Shown here: one piece after another, positions 1 to 9,540 of the stretch
Layout of the letters: each line of letters starts with the position of its first letter
Position numbering within the stretch: the first letter of the stretch is position 1
DNA from: Thermacetogenium sp. UBA4966
GTDB taxonomy: Bacteria > Bacillota > DSM-12270 > Thermacetogeniales > Thermacetogeniaceae
Reading direction: 5' to 3'
DNA: 64,000 nt
Assembly: GCA_002397275.1 (NCBI GenBank)
Contig: DHAA01000113.1
Location: forward strand, 4,694-68,693
Translations under genes and position numbers: made by a program
Notes under the pieces: generated by a model
The model's input: only the letters and a program-made list of their open reading frames with translations
What the model was told of the DNA's origin: nothing
Databases searched by the model: none

Positions 1-1153
1 TGCTTTTGGGCCGAGCGGAATCTCCCCCTTTTTTATGGAACCGAGCGGTGTGCAGAGGGCCGCGACAAAGGCCGACTGTATTGATTATTTGAAGCTGGCG
101 CAGTCCTGCGACCTGATCGCTTTTAACCGGCAGGCGGTTTTAGCGTCGGATGTGCCTCAGGAAGACAATCATTTTTGGCATCTCTTGGCTGAGATCAAGT
201 ATACTGATAAGCCCTGCCAGATCTACGACGAGAATTCCCTGCGCCTGGCTTGCATGGCCTTCGGCATTACTCCGCAAAGGATGAAGGAAGACGCGCAAAA
301 GGGAATTCACTATGCGCTGGGCGGGATTAATCCTGTTTCACCCTTATTTCTGACAGCGGACCAGAGCGACCGCCTGCTCCTGCTGGCGGAACACGGGATA
401 CCTGTTGTTGTCGCCGCCATGCCGGCCGCCGGCATGTCCGCTCCCTGCACCCTGCCCGGATTGTTAATCGCTCAGAACTGCGAGAACCTGGGAACTATTG
501 TGCTCAGTCAGTTGAGCAGGCCCGGGGCCCCGGTTATTTACGGCGCCATAGGTACTGTTACCCATATGAAAACCGGCGGCGCCCCGATCGGCGCTCCGGA
601 GACGCGTATTATAGAGCGGGCCTCCGCTCAGATAGCAAGATATTACCGGCTTCCCTCCAGGGGTGATTGCGGCCTGACCGATTCCCTGGATACAGATTTT
701 CAGGCCGGAGCGGAATCAGCACTGCAGTTTTATAATACTGTGAACAGCGGGCTTAACCTGCTCCCGGGGATCGGGGAGCTGGGAAGCTGGCTGCATGCCT
801 CCCTGGAAAAGTTTGTTCTGGATTGCGAGATCGCCGGTTATGTGCAGAGAATGTGCAGACCGCTGGAGTTCACAGAAGAGAACATGGCCGCGGACCTGAT
901 CAAAAAAGTTGGAACCGCCGGCTCCTATATCAGCGAGATGCATACTTTTAAGCATTTCAGGGATGAATTCTATGAGCCATCTGTTTTCCAAAGGACCGTT
1001 TATGACAGGTGGGAACAGGAGGGCAGAATAGATTTAAAGGAAAGAGCGAGGAAAAAGGCGCGGGAGCTGCTGGAGAATTATGAAAAGCCGGACATCGATC
1101 CGCAGCTGGAAAAAGATCTGGAGAAGTTTGTGGAGAGGCGTTTGGGAGATTGA
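1..1153 (+). CDS. MttB-superfamily corrinoid-dependent methyltransferase (non-pyrrolysine type), 5' end outside the window
   Basis: The frame is open from nt 2, with no stop before the ATG at 35. The product aligns along its length with the complete MttB-like paralogs at 16939 and 18697 (for example ARYYRLPS shared with the 16939 copy, and a similar C-terminal HT..HFR.E block). There is no in-frame TAG. Confidence 0.85.
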   Translation, partial: AFGPSGISPFFMEPSGVQRAATKADCIDYLKLAQSCDLIAFNRQAVLASDVPQEDNHFWHLLAEIKYTDKPCQIYDENSLRLACMAFGITPQRMKEDAQKGIHYALGGINPVSPLFLTADQSDRLLLLAEHGIPVVVAAMPAAGMSAPCTLPGLLIAQNCENLGTIVLSQLSRPGAPVIYGAIGTVTHMKTGGAPIGAPETRIIERASAQIARYYRLPSRGDCGLTDSLDTDFQAGAESALQFYNTVNSGLNLLPGIGELGSWLHASLEKFVLDCEIAGYVQRMCRPLEFTEENMAADLIKKVGTAGSYISEMHTFKHFRDEFYEPSVFQRTVYDRWEQEGRIDLKERARKKARELLENYEKPDIDPQLEKDLEKFVERRLGD

Positions 1154-1224
1154 TCATTTAGTGGTTGAAAAAGAATCGCTGCTTTAGTATACTGTAGCTA
1201 GAGACTCATAGTTATGAGACATGA

Positions 1225-1270
1225 GGGAGTAAGCGCAGATGGTTTGCGGCGTGTATTCCCTTTTTGTTTT
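1225..1270 (+). terminator. Intrinsic terminator-like hairpin 1 in the mttB-hutH spacer
   Basis: GGGAGTA...TATTCCC stem with inner GCGCA/TGCG pairing, followed by TTTTTGTTTT. Confidence 0.5.
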
Positions 1271-1297
1271 GCGGCTGCTCACAGTCATGAGTTATGA

Positions 1298-1341
1298 GGG
1301 AGCGGAAGGCGCGTTTTGTGCGCCTCTGCTCCCTTTTCTTT
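1298..1341 (+). terminator. Intrinsic terminator-like hairpin 2 (possible attenuator) just upstream of hutH
   Basis: GGGAGCGGAAGGCGC-GTTTTGT-GCGCCTCTGCTCCC hairpin followed by TTTTCTTT. It ends about 40 nt before the hutH start. Confidence 0.55.
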
Positions 1342-1379
1342 AAAACAATATTCTTAGCACTCTTAGGAGGTTTACCGCA

Positions 1380-2933
1380 ATGATCGAAATGGAGACAGCT
1401 CTCAAGGACACAATTTTTATAGACGGCGAGCACCTGACGCTGGAACAGGTTTGCGCGGCGGCCAGGGATAAGGCCGCTGTAAAGCTGCATCTGTCGGGAA
1501 AAGAAAAGCTGCTCAGATCGAGGAAGGTTGTGGAGAAGATTATTTCCGGCGGGGATGTTGCTTATGGGATCACTACCGGTTTCGGCAAGTTCAGCGATGT
1601 CTCCATTTCTCAGGAAGACTGTGATACGCTGCAAAGAAACATCATCATCAGCCATTCCTGCGGGGTAGGGGAACCCCTTCCCCAGGATGTTGTACGGGCG
1701 ATGATGCTGCTGCGCGCCAATTCGCTGGTCAAGGGTTACTCCGGCGTTCGGCTTGAGCTGGTGGAACTCCTGTTGAATATGCTGAACAGCGGTATTCATC
1801 CGGTGGTTCCCTGCAAGGGCTCGGTTGGCGCCAGCGGTGATCTGATCCCCCTCTCCCACATCGCTCTGTCCATGATCGGGTTGAGTGATGCCGAATATAA
1901 GGGCAGGAGAATCCCTTCCCAAGAGGCTCTGCAGAAGGCAGGGCTGAGCCCGATCTCCCTTACTGCCAAAGAGGGGCTGGCTCTGATCAACGGCACCCAG
2001 TATATGAGCGCTCTCGGGGCTCTGGCGGTCTGCGATGCGCTGCAGCTTTTCAAGGGGGCGTCTATCGCCGCGGCCATGACCTTTGAAGCCCTGGAGGGCA
2101 TAACGGATGCCTTTGACCCCAGGGTGCATGAAGTTCGTCCTCACCAGGGGCAGAAGTTCTGCGCCCGGCTGATGCTGAGGCTTTTGCAGGGAAGCGAACT
2201 GCTGGAAAAAAAGAGGCGTAAAAGGGTTCAGGACGCCTACACCCTGAGGTGCATCCCTCAGGTGCACGGGGCTTCTCTTGATGCCCTCAATTATGTGAAA
2301 GGCGTTTTGGAAATAGAGATCAACTCCGCAACGGACAACCCGCTCATCTTCCCGGATGGGGGAGACGTGATCAGCGGAGGGAATTTTCACGGGCAGCCTT
2401 TGGCTTTAGCTCTGGACTTTCTGGCGATAGCTGTCTCCGAACTGGGCAGTATCTCTGAGCGGCGCACCGAGAGATTGGTCAACCCGTCACTTAACGGCGA
2501 TCTGCCTCCCTTCCTGACCAGAAACGGGGGGCTCAACTCCGGGCTGATGCTGCTTCAGTATGCCGCGGCGGCCCTGGTTTCTGAGAATAAGGTCCTCTCT
2601 CACCCGGCCAGTGTGGATTCTATTCCCACATCGGGCAACCAGGAGGACCATGTCAGCATGGGGTCTATAGCCGCCCACAAAGTTCGAACTGTCGTGGAGA
2701 ATGTTTCCTGGGTTATCGCGGCGGAGATGCTGGCCGCGGGCCGCGCCCTGGGATTCGTTTCCCATAAGGCCGGGCGGGGAACCGAAACCGCCCGCCGCTT
2801 GATTGAGGAAAGAGTCCCCTTTCAAGATGGCGACCAAATTCTATATGAGGAGCTCAATCAGGTATATGATCTGCTGCGCTCCGGGTTGATCGCGGAGGAG
2901 GTAGAAAAAGCTGTGGGGGGAAGGCTCTGTTGA
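1380..2933 (+). CDS. hutH: Histidine ammonia-lyase
   Basis: 517 aa. MIO-forming Ala-Ser-Gly triad in GSVGASGDLIPLSH, full-length HAL-like architecture, and an AGGAGG RBS upstream of the ATG. Confidence 0.93.
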   Translation: MIEMETALKDTIFIDGEHLTLEQVCAAARDKAAVKLHLSGKEKLLRSRKVVEKIISGGDVAYGITTGFGKFSDVSISQEDCDTLQRNIIISHSCGVGEPLPQDVVRAMMLLRANSLVKGYSGVRLELVELLLNMLNSGIHPVVPCKGSVGASGDLIPLSHIALSMIGLSDAEYKGRRIPSQEALQKAGLSPISLTAKEGLALINGTQYMSALGALAVCDALQLFKGASIAAAMTFEALEGITDAFDPRVHEVRPHQGQKFCARLMLRLLQGSELLEKKRRKRVQDAYTLRCIPQVHGASLDALNYVKGVLEIEINSATDNPLIFPDGGDVISGGNFHGQPLALALDFLAIAVSELGSISERRTERLVNPSLNGDLPPFLTRNGGLNSGLMLLQYAAAALVSENKVLSHPASVDSIPTSGNQEDHVSMGSIAAHKVRTVVENVSWVIAAEMLAAGRALGFVSHKAGRGTETARRLIEERVPFQDGDQILYEELNQVYDLLRSGLIAEEVEKAVGGRLC

Positions 2934-3013
2934 ACTGCCCGGCCTGCGGCGCCAGAATTTCCGCAGCAGTGAATCAGGTTTGCATGTGTGTTTTAGTGAA
3001 GGGAGTTTTATAG

Positions 3014-4294
3014 ATGGCAAAAAAAATTGAGGCCGATTTTCTACTAATAAACGCCGGGCAGCTAATTACCGCGGGGGGGAATTCCGATCACCCCAAGCGA
3101 GGCGATCAGCTGGCGGAGATCGGATTGATCAACGATGGCGCCGTCGCGGCCAGGGATGGCGTGATCGTCGCTGTGGGACCCACATCAGACCTTCGGCAAA
3201 GTGTGGAGCTGATGGAGGGCGCGCTGCTCATCCGTGCCCGGGGGAAAGTAGTTTTGCCCGGTCTGGTGGACCCTCACACTCACCTTGTCTTTGCCGGTTC
3301 CCGGGAGCATGAACTGGAAATGAAGATCCAGGGGGCGTCCTATCTGGAGATCCTGGCCCGCGGCGGGGGGATCCTGGACACTGTACGCTCTACCAGAGCT
3401 GCCGAACATGAAGAACTGATCAGGATCGGGCGCGAATACCTGGACGAGATGCTGGCCCAGGGGACCACAACTATAGAAGCTAAAAGCGGCTACGGCCTGA
3501 CCCTGCGTGACGAGGTGAAGATGCTGGATGTGATCAGGGCCCTGCAAGAGACGCACCCTGTGGACATCCAGCCCACCTTTCTGGGAGCGCATGCCGTTCC
3601 GGAGGAATATAAAGAGGACGCCGATGGTTTTGTAGAACTGGTTGCGCGGGAGATGCTTCCGGCCGTTTCCTCTCTAGGCCTGGCCAGGTTCTGCGACGTT
3701 TTCTGTGAAGAGGGGGTTTTTTCGGTGGCTCAAACCCGCAGGATCCTCACAGAGGCAAAAAGGCTTGGCTTTGAACTGAAGATCCATGCGGATGAGATGG
3801 CCCCCCTGGGAGGGGCGGAACTGGCCGCTGAACTGGGCGCCACCTCTGCCGATCACCTGATGATGATTTCAGATAAGGGGATCGAGATGCTGGCTGCCTC
3901 CGATACTATCGCCGTGCTTTTGCCTGCTACGACCTTCTGTGTGATGGGCGAGCGCTATGCCCCGGCCCGGGAGATGATTGAAAAGGGAGTGGCCGTGGCC
4001 TTATCCACTGATTTCAACCCGGGGAGCAGCCCGGTCAACTCATTGCAGATCGTGATGGGGATCGCCTGCCGCTGCCTGAAAATGACCCCGGCGGAGGTTA
4101 TCTCCGCGGTGACGATCAATGCCGCTCATGCCATGGGGAGCGCCGCCAGTGTGGGGAGCATTGAGGTGGGCAAAAAGGCTGATCTGGTTATTTTTGATGC
4201 GTATGATTACAGATATTTGATGTACCGCTTCGGAACGAACCTTGTTGATCAAGTAGTTAAATGCGGACGAATAGTAGCAGGAGGGCAGTGCTGA
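3014..4294 (+). CDS. hutI: Imidazolonepropionase
   Basis: 426 aa amidohydrolase-fold protein with the DPHTHLVFAGSR metal-binding block and downstream KIHADE / STDFNPGS blocks typical of HutI. Confidence 0.9.
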   Translation: MAKKIEADFLLINAGQLITAGGNSDHPKRGDQLAEIGLINDGAVAARDGVIVAVGPTSDLRQSVELMEGALLIRARGKVVLPGLVDPHTHLVFAGSREHELEMKIQGASYLEILARGGGILDTVRSTRAAEHEELIRIGREYLDEMLAQGTTTIEAKSGYGLTLRDEVKMLDVIRALQETHPVDIQPTFLGAHAVPEEYKEDADGFVELVAREMLPAVSSLGLARFCDVFCEEGVFSVAQTRRILTEAKRLGFELKIHADEMAPLGGAELAAELGATSADHLMMISDKGIEMLAASDTIAVLLPATTFCVMGERYAPAREMIEKGVAVALSTDFNPGSSPVNSLQIVMGIACRCLKMTPAEVISAVTINAAHAMGSAASVGSIEVGKKADLVIFDAYDYRYLMYRFGTNLVDQVVKCGRIVAGGQC

Positions 4295-5181
4295 TGAAAA
4301 TTGTGGAATGTGTGCCTAATTTCAGCGAGGGGCGCCGCAGGGATGTGGTGGAACAGATTTTGGACGCCATTCGCCGCACGGCGGGAGTTAAACTCCTGGA
4401 TTCGTCGTCAGATGCCAGTCATAACCGGACGGTGGCCACCTTTGTCGGGGACCCGCAAGGGGTAAAAGAGGCAGCCCTGGCGGCCGCGGAAATGGCGGCG
4501 TCTTTGATCGATATGGAGAAGCATCATGGAGAGCACCCCCGCATCGGCGCCGCGGATGTGATCCCCCTTATTCCGATCAGCGGCGTGACCATGGATGAAT
4601 GCGTAGAGCTCGCCCGGGAACTGGGGCAGGAGATCGGGGAGAAGCTGTCTATTCCCGTTTTTCTCTATGAAGAGGCAGCGGCAAAGCCTGAACGCAGGAA
4701 CCTGGCCGCGGTGCGCCGCGGTGAATATGAAGGCCTCAAAGATGCGATCAGCCTGCCGGAGAGGCGCCCGGACTTTGGACCCGCGCGTATGCACCCCAGG
4801 GCAGGCGCCGCGGCGGTAGGAGCGCGGCATCCCTTGGTGGCTTATAACATCAATCTGAACACAGGTGATCTGCGGGTGGCCAAAGCGATAGCCAAAAGCA
4901 TCAGGGGGAGCAGCGGCGGTTATCCCAGCATCAAGGCCCTGGGCGTTCTCATTGAGGAAACAGGCGCGGCCCAGGTAACGATCAATGTCTGCAACTTCAG
5001 GGATGTTTCCCTGCCCAGGGTTTTCGAAACGGTGAAAAGCGAGGCCGAGCGTTATGGCGTGAGCATCAAAAGCAGCGAGATCGTGGGGCTGACCCCTATG
5101 GAAGCCCTGCTGGATGCGGCTGTCTTTTACCTGCGGCTCGACGGCTTCCAGCCGGATCAGGTATTGGAGAAGAGACTGTGA
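4294..5181 (+). CDS. ftcD: Glutamate formimidoyltransferase (formiminotransferase domain only)
   Basis: Hallmark N-terminus KIVECVPNFSEGRR. Start placed at ATG 4294, which overlaps the hutI stop (ATGA), rather than the ORF-track start at 4261. Confidence 0.88.
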   Translation: MKIVECVPNFSEGRRRDVVEQILDAIRRTAGVKLLDSSSDASHNRTVATFVGDPQGVKEAALAAAEMAASLIDMEKHHGEHPRIGAADVIPLIPISGVTMDECVELARELGQEIGEKLSIPVFLYEEAAAKPERRNLAAVRRGEYEGLKDAISLPERRPDFGPARMHPRAGAAAVGARHPLVAYNINLNTGDLRVAKAIAKSIRGSSGGYPSIKALGVLIEETGAAQVTINVCNFRDVSLPRVFETVKSEAERYGVSIKSSEIVGLTPMEALLDAAVFYLRLDGFQPDQVLEKRL

Positions 5182-5201
5182 GTACTGAGGAGGTTCCGGT
5201 A

Positions 5202-5807
5202 ATGTTGATGGATATGACTGTCAAAGATTTCTTAGCAGAATTGGCCTCAGAATCCCCTGCCCCCGGGGGCGGGAGTGTTTCCGCGTTAGCCGGGAGTCTT
5301 GCCGCCGCTCTGCTCTCCATGGTGGCCAACCTCTCCGCGGGAGTAGGGGATGCGGAGGCTGTCTTGAAAAAGTCGGCGGCGCTGAAGGTTTCCCTGGAAA
5401 GGGATGTAGATGCCGATACCGAGGCTTTTAACAGAGTAATGGGCGCCTACCGTCTCCCGAAACAAACAGATGGGCAAAAGGAAAAACGAGCTCAGGCTAT
5501 TCAGCAGGCTCTGCAGGATGCGGCGCTGCATCCCCTGAAAGTCGCCCGGCGGTGCCTGGATGTGATGAAGCTTTGCCGCTGGGCCGTAACCTCCGGAAAT
5601 CCCCATGCTTTAAGCGACGCGGGCGTAGCCTCCTTGATGGCGCAATCCGGGATCAGAGGAGCGCTGTACAATGTAGAGATCAATTTAAAAAGCATCAAAG
5701 ACGCAGAATTCAAAGCTGAGATGGAGAGGGAGAGGGAACAGATCCTCAAAGAGGCCCGTGCGCTTGAAGAGGATATCGAAGAGTTTCTAGAAAGCCGTTT
5801 ATCATGA
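5202..5807 (+). CDS. Formimidoyltetrahydrofolate cyclodeaminase family protein
   Basis: VKDFLAELASESPAPGGGSVSALAGSLAAAL block of the cyclodeaminase (FTCD C-terminal-like) family. The ORF is open from 5178; ATG 5202 is preferred because GAGGAGG lies 8 nt upstream. Confidence 0.8.
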   Translation: MLMDMTVKDFLAELASESPAPGGGSVSALAGSLAAALLSMVANLSAGVGDAEAVLKKSAALKVSLERDVDADTEAFNRVMGAYRLPKQTDGQKEKRAQAIQQALQDAALHPLKVARRCLDVMKLCRWAVTSGNPHALSDAGVASLMAQSGIRGALYNVEINLKSIKDAEFKAEMEREREQILKEARALEEDIEEFLESRLS

Positions 5808-5998
5808 ACTGTGTTCGCCTGATCGGCCCGGCATTCATTGTCATTGAGACTGAGGCGCCGGGTTGATGCCGTAAACCGTTATACAGTCAAATGGCGCCGG
5901 ATGCCGGATAACTCTTAGAATTAAGAACATGCTGCAAAAGGAGTTTCGTCGAATATAGTCGAATTTAAGCATATCTCCATTTTTGGGGGGTGTGTAAG

Positions 5999-7438
5999 AT
6001 GCAAAAGAAAAAACTAGAGCCGCTTGAAGAGCGTTTGGCCTTGCTGGAAAATGTTCTGGATACTATTTATGAAGGCGTTATCGTCACAGACACCGAGGGT
6101 AAGATAGTTTTCTTTAACAGCGCTCTGGAGAGTATGGAGGGTTTAAAAAAGAGCGAGGTGCTGGGGCGCTATCTTTCAGATGTATACAAAGTTTCGCCGG
6201 AAAAAAATGACCACCGCCAGGTGCTCAAATCAGGAAAACCATATAAAGAGCAGTCGATAACATATTTTACCACTAAAGGCGAAGAGATCAATCTTGTGGC
6301 CGGCTTTTATCCGGTCAGTCATCAAGGGCAGGTTATCGGAGCTTTTTCGCTATGCCGTGACTTTACCAGGATCAAAGAGCTGCTCACTAAAAACATGAAT
6401 CTGCAGAGGCAGGTTCAGCTGAAGAGGGACGGTGCAGAGCGCTTAAACAATGGAACCCGCTACGAACTTGAGGATTTTATCTATGCCAGCGAACAGATTG
6501 AAAGGCTGATCAATCAAGCACAGAAAGCGGCCTTGACCGATTTTCCGGTCCTGGTTTATGGAGAAACCGGGACGGGAAAGGAGATACTGGCGCAGGGAAT
6601 ACACAATGCCAGCATCCGGCGGGAGGAGCCCTTCATCGGGATCAACTGTGCGGCGATCCCGGAAACGCTGTTGGAGAGCACCCTCTTCGGCACAGTGAAA
6701 GGGGCCTTTACAGGCGCTGTCGACAGCCCGGGGTTATTTCAGCAAGTGGGCAAAGGTACGCTGTTTCTCGATGAGATCAATTCCATGCCCCTCACGCTGC
6801 AGGCTAAACTGCTCAGGGTTCTGCAGGAAAGAAGATACCTGCGGGTGGGGTGTACCAGGGAACTCCCTTTGGAATGCCGGATCATGACCTCGACGAATAT
6901 CGACCCTTATCAGTGTATTGAAGAGGGGACCCTGAGAGAGGACATCTATTACCGTTTTGCGGTTTTTACACTGTGCATACCGCCTTTAAGAGAGCGCGTA
7001 GAGGATATTGAAGAGCTTGTCAATCACTTTATTAAAAATTTCTGCAGGCTTTATGGACAGCGTGATGTGCGGCTGGACTCCGAACTGAAACAGGCTTTTC
7101 TAGGTTACAAGTGGCCGGGCAATGTCAGGGAATTGCAGCATGTGGTAGAGAGCAGCCTGGTCATGCTGAACCCCGGTCAAAGTGAGATCACCTTTGAACA
7201 CTTACCATCGTTTATCCGTCACAAATTTAAACAGCAAAAAGCTCACCTTACGCTAAAGTACACAGCGCAGAAGGATACGAAGACTTTGAACCAGATCATC
7301 AGAGACACGGAAAAACAGGTTATTGTGGATGTGCTGAGCAGCCATGGGGGGAATATCACCAGGGCTGCCGAGTCACTGGGGATTGTGCGGCAGAATCTCC
7401 AGTACCGCATGCGCAAACTGGGGATCAGCTCCCAGTAA
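5999..7438 (+). CDS. Sigma-54-dependent transcriptional activator with N-terminal PAS-like sensor domain
   Basis: Central AAA+ domain with Walker A GETGTGKE, the GAFTGA sigma-54 contact loop and Walker B LFLDEI. C-terminal Fis-type HTH (NITRAAESLGIVRQNLQYRMRKLGI). Confidence 0.9.
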   Translation: MQKKKLEPLEERLALLENVLDTIYEGVIVTDTEGKIVFFNSALESMEGLKKSEVLGRYLSDVYKVSPEKNDHRQVLKSGKPYKEQSITYFTTKGEEINLVAGFYPVSHQGQVIGAFSLCRDFTRIKELLTKNMNLQRQVQLKRDGAERLNNGTRYELEDFIYASEQIERLINQAQKAALTDFPVLVYGETGTGKEILAQGIHNASIRREEPFIGINCAAIPETLLESTLFGTVKGAFTGAVDSPGLFQQVGKGTLFLDEINSMPLTLQAKLLRVLQERRYLRVGCTRELPLECRIMTSTNIDPYQCIEEGTLREDIYYRFAVFTLCIPPLRERVEDIEELVNHFIKNFCRLYGQRDVRLDSELKQAFLGYKWPGNVRELQHVVESSLVMLNPGQSEITFEHLPSFIRHKFKQQKAHLTLKYTAQKDTKTLNQIIRDTEKQVIVDVLSSHGGNITRAAESLGIVRQNLQYRMRKLGISSQ

Positions 7439-7488
7439 ACATATCTTTTACCAGTAATTGCAGCTATGGGGAGGAGAGGAAAGAAGAG

Positions 7489-9540
7489 ATGTTTACGAAT
7501 CTTGAGATAGCAGACGCCATGACGATCAAACTGAGTGATCAGCTGCCGGAGGCGCCGGAGTTTCAACCGGGTATTCGCCGGGCGCCGGACAGGGGCTTCC
7601 ACTTGTCCAGACATCAGGCCAAAATTGCCTTAAAAAACGCACTACGTTATGTTCCGCAGGAACTTCATGAGAAGCTCGCCCCTGAATTTTTGAATGAACT
7701 GCTCACCAGGGGGCGTATTTACGCCTACCGCTACCGCCCGCAAGGGAGGATTTACGCTAAATCCATAGATGAATACAAAGGCGCCTGTATTGAGGGCAGG
7801 GCGTTTCAGGTGATGATCGACAACAACCTGGACTTCGAAGTGGCCCTCTACCCTTACGAACTGGTCACTTATGGGGAGACGGGGAGCGTCTGTCAGAACT
7901 GGCTGCAGTACCGGCTGATCAAAAAGTACCTGGAGGTGTTGACCGACCGCCAGACACTGGTGGTCATGTCCGGGCATCCCCTGGGGCTTTTCCCGTCCAG
8001 GCCGGAAGCACCGCGGGTGATCATCACCAATGCCTTGATGGTGGGGATGTTCGACAATCCCCATGACTGGGAGATCGCAGAAGAGATGGGAGTGGCCAAC
8101 TACGGCCAGATGACCGCTGGCGGGTGGATGTATATCGGGCCGCAGGGAATCGTCCACGGCACCTTTAACACGCTGCTCAACGCCGGGCGGCTGAAGCTGG
8201 GGATTCCCCATGACCGCGACCTGCGGGGACACCTCTTTGTTTCCTCAGGCCTCGGGGGTATGAGCGGCGCCCAGCCCAAGGCTGTGGAGATCGCCGGGGG
8301 GGTCGGCATCATCGCTGAAGTCGATTATTCTCGGATCAAGACGAGGCATGACCAGGGCTGGGTAGGCATGGTTTCAGACGACCTGGAGGAGATTTTTAGA
8401 ACAGCCGGCGAGTATCTCCGCAAAAAGGAATCGATCTCCATCGCCTATCACGGCAATATCGTCGACCTGCTGGAGTATGCGGTGGAGAAGAACATTCATA
8501 TCGATCTGCTGACGGATCAGACCTCCTGCCATGCTGTTTATGAAGGGGGCTACTGCCCGCAGGGGATTACCTTTGAGGAAAGAACGAGGCTGCTGGCAGA
8601 GGACCGGGAGAGGTTTAATCAACTGGTCGACCGCACTTTACAGCGCCACTTTTCACTGATCAAAACCCTTACAGAACGGGGAGTCTACTTTTTCGATTAC
8701 GGCAACTCCTTTATGAAAGCGGTGTTTGACGCCGGAGTAAAGGAGATCTCCAAAAACGGCATAGATGAAAAAGACGGCTTTATCTGGCCTTCTTATGTGG
8801 AGGATATCATGGGGCCGATGCTCTTCGACTACGGATACGGCCCTTTTCGCTGGGTCTGCCTGAGCGGCAGGCATGAGGACCTGGTTAAAACAGACCATGC
8901 CGCCATGGAATGCATCGACCCCCATCGCCGCGGCCAGGACCGGGATAACTACATCTGGATCCGGGACGCCGAAAAAAATGAGCTGGTCGTGGGGTCTGAG
9001 GCGCGTATCCTTTACCAGGATGCGGAGGGCAGGATCAGGATTGCCCTCAAGTTCAATGAAATGGTGCGCAACCGCGAGATCGGCCCGGTGATGCTCGGCC
9101 GCGACCATCATGATGTCAGCGGCACAGATTCGCCCTTTAGAGAGACTGCCAACATCAAGGACGGCAGCAATGTGATGGCCGATATGGCCGTCCACTGCTT
9201 CGCCGGCAACGCCGCCCGGGGGATGAGCCTCATCGCCTTGCATAACGGGGGCGGAGTCGGTATCGGCAAATCGATCAACGGTGGTTTCGGTCTGGTTTTG
9301 GATGGCAGCGCAAGGGTTGACGCCATCATCAAATCCGCTCTGCTCTGGGATGTGATGGGAGGTGTGGCCAGGCGTTCCTGGGCCAGAAATGAGAATTCCG
9401 TCGCCACAAGTATGGAGTTTAACAGGAACCGCCGGGGGGATGCTCAGATCACCATTCCTTACCTGGCAGATGAAGAACTGGTCGAGAAATTAGTCGGGGA
9501 AGCTGTAGGGAAACAAAACCCTGAGGGGGTAAAATCTTGA
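7489..9540 (+). CDS. hutU: Urocanate hydratase (long form)
   Basis: 683 aa with the GLGGMSGAQPKA NAD-binding block and overall urocanase architecture. GGGGAGGAGAGG RBS upstream. Confidence 0.9.
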   Translation: MFTNLEIADAMTIKLSDQLPEAPEFQPGIRRAPDRGFHLSRHQAKIALKNALRYVPQELHEKLAPEFLNELLTRGRIYAYRYRPQGRIYAKSIDEYKGACIEGRAFQVMIDNNLDFEVALYPYELVTYGETGSVCQNWLQYRLIKKYLEVLTDRQTLVVMSGHPLGLFPSRPEAPRVIITNALMVGMFDNPHDWEIAEEMGVANYGQMTAGGWMYIGPQGIVHGTFNTLLNAGRLKLGIPHDRDLRGHLFVSSGLGGMSGAQPKAVEIAGGVGIIAEVDYSRIKTRHDQGWVGMVSDDLEEIFRTAGEYLRKKESISIAYHGNIVDLLEYAVEKNIHIDLLTDQTSCHAVYEGGYCPQGITFEERTRLLAEDRERFNQLVDRTLQRHFSLIKTLTERGVYFFDYGNSFMKAVFDAGVKEISKNGIDEKDGFIWPSYVEDIMGPMLFDYGYGPFRWVCLSGRHEDLVKTDHAAMECIDPHRRGQDRDNYIWIRDAEKNELVVGSEARILYQDAEGRIRIALKFNEMVRNREIGPVMLGRDHHDVSGTDSPFRETANIKDGSNVMADMAVHCFAGNAARGMSLIALHNGGGVGIGKSINGGFGLVLDGSARVDAIIKSALLWDVMGGVARRSWARNENSVATSMEFNRNRRGDAQITIPYLADEELVEKLVGEAVGKQNPEGVKS

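Noticed and set aside
1170-1215. HutP-type antitermination site (several TAG triplets upstream of hutH)
   Set aside because: The TAG triplets are spaced 7, 1 and 7 nt apart rather than the regular 4-nt spacing of HutP sites, and no hutP gene is present.
1212-2390. 392-aa ORF on the minus strand
   Set aside because: It lies entirely antisense to the well-supported hutH gene. Its composition is Arg/Gly/Pro/Gln-rich with no recognisable motifs, which is typical of a shadow ORF in GC-biased coding sequence.
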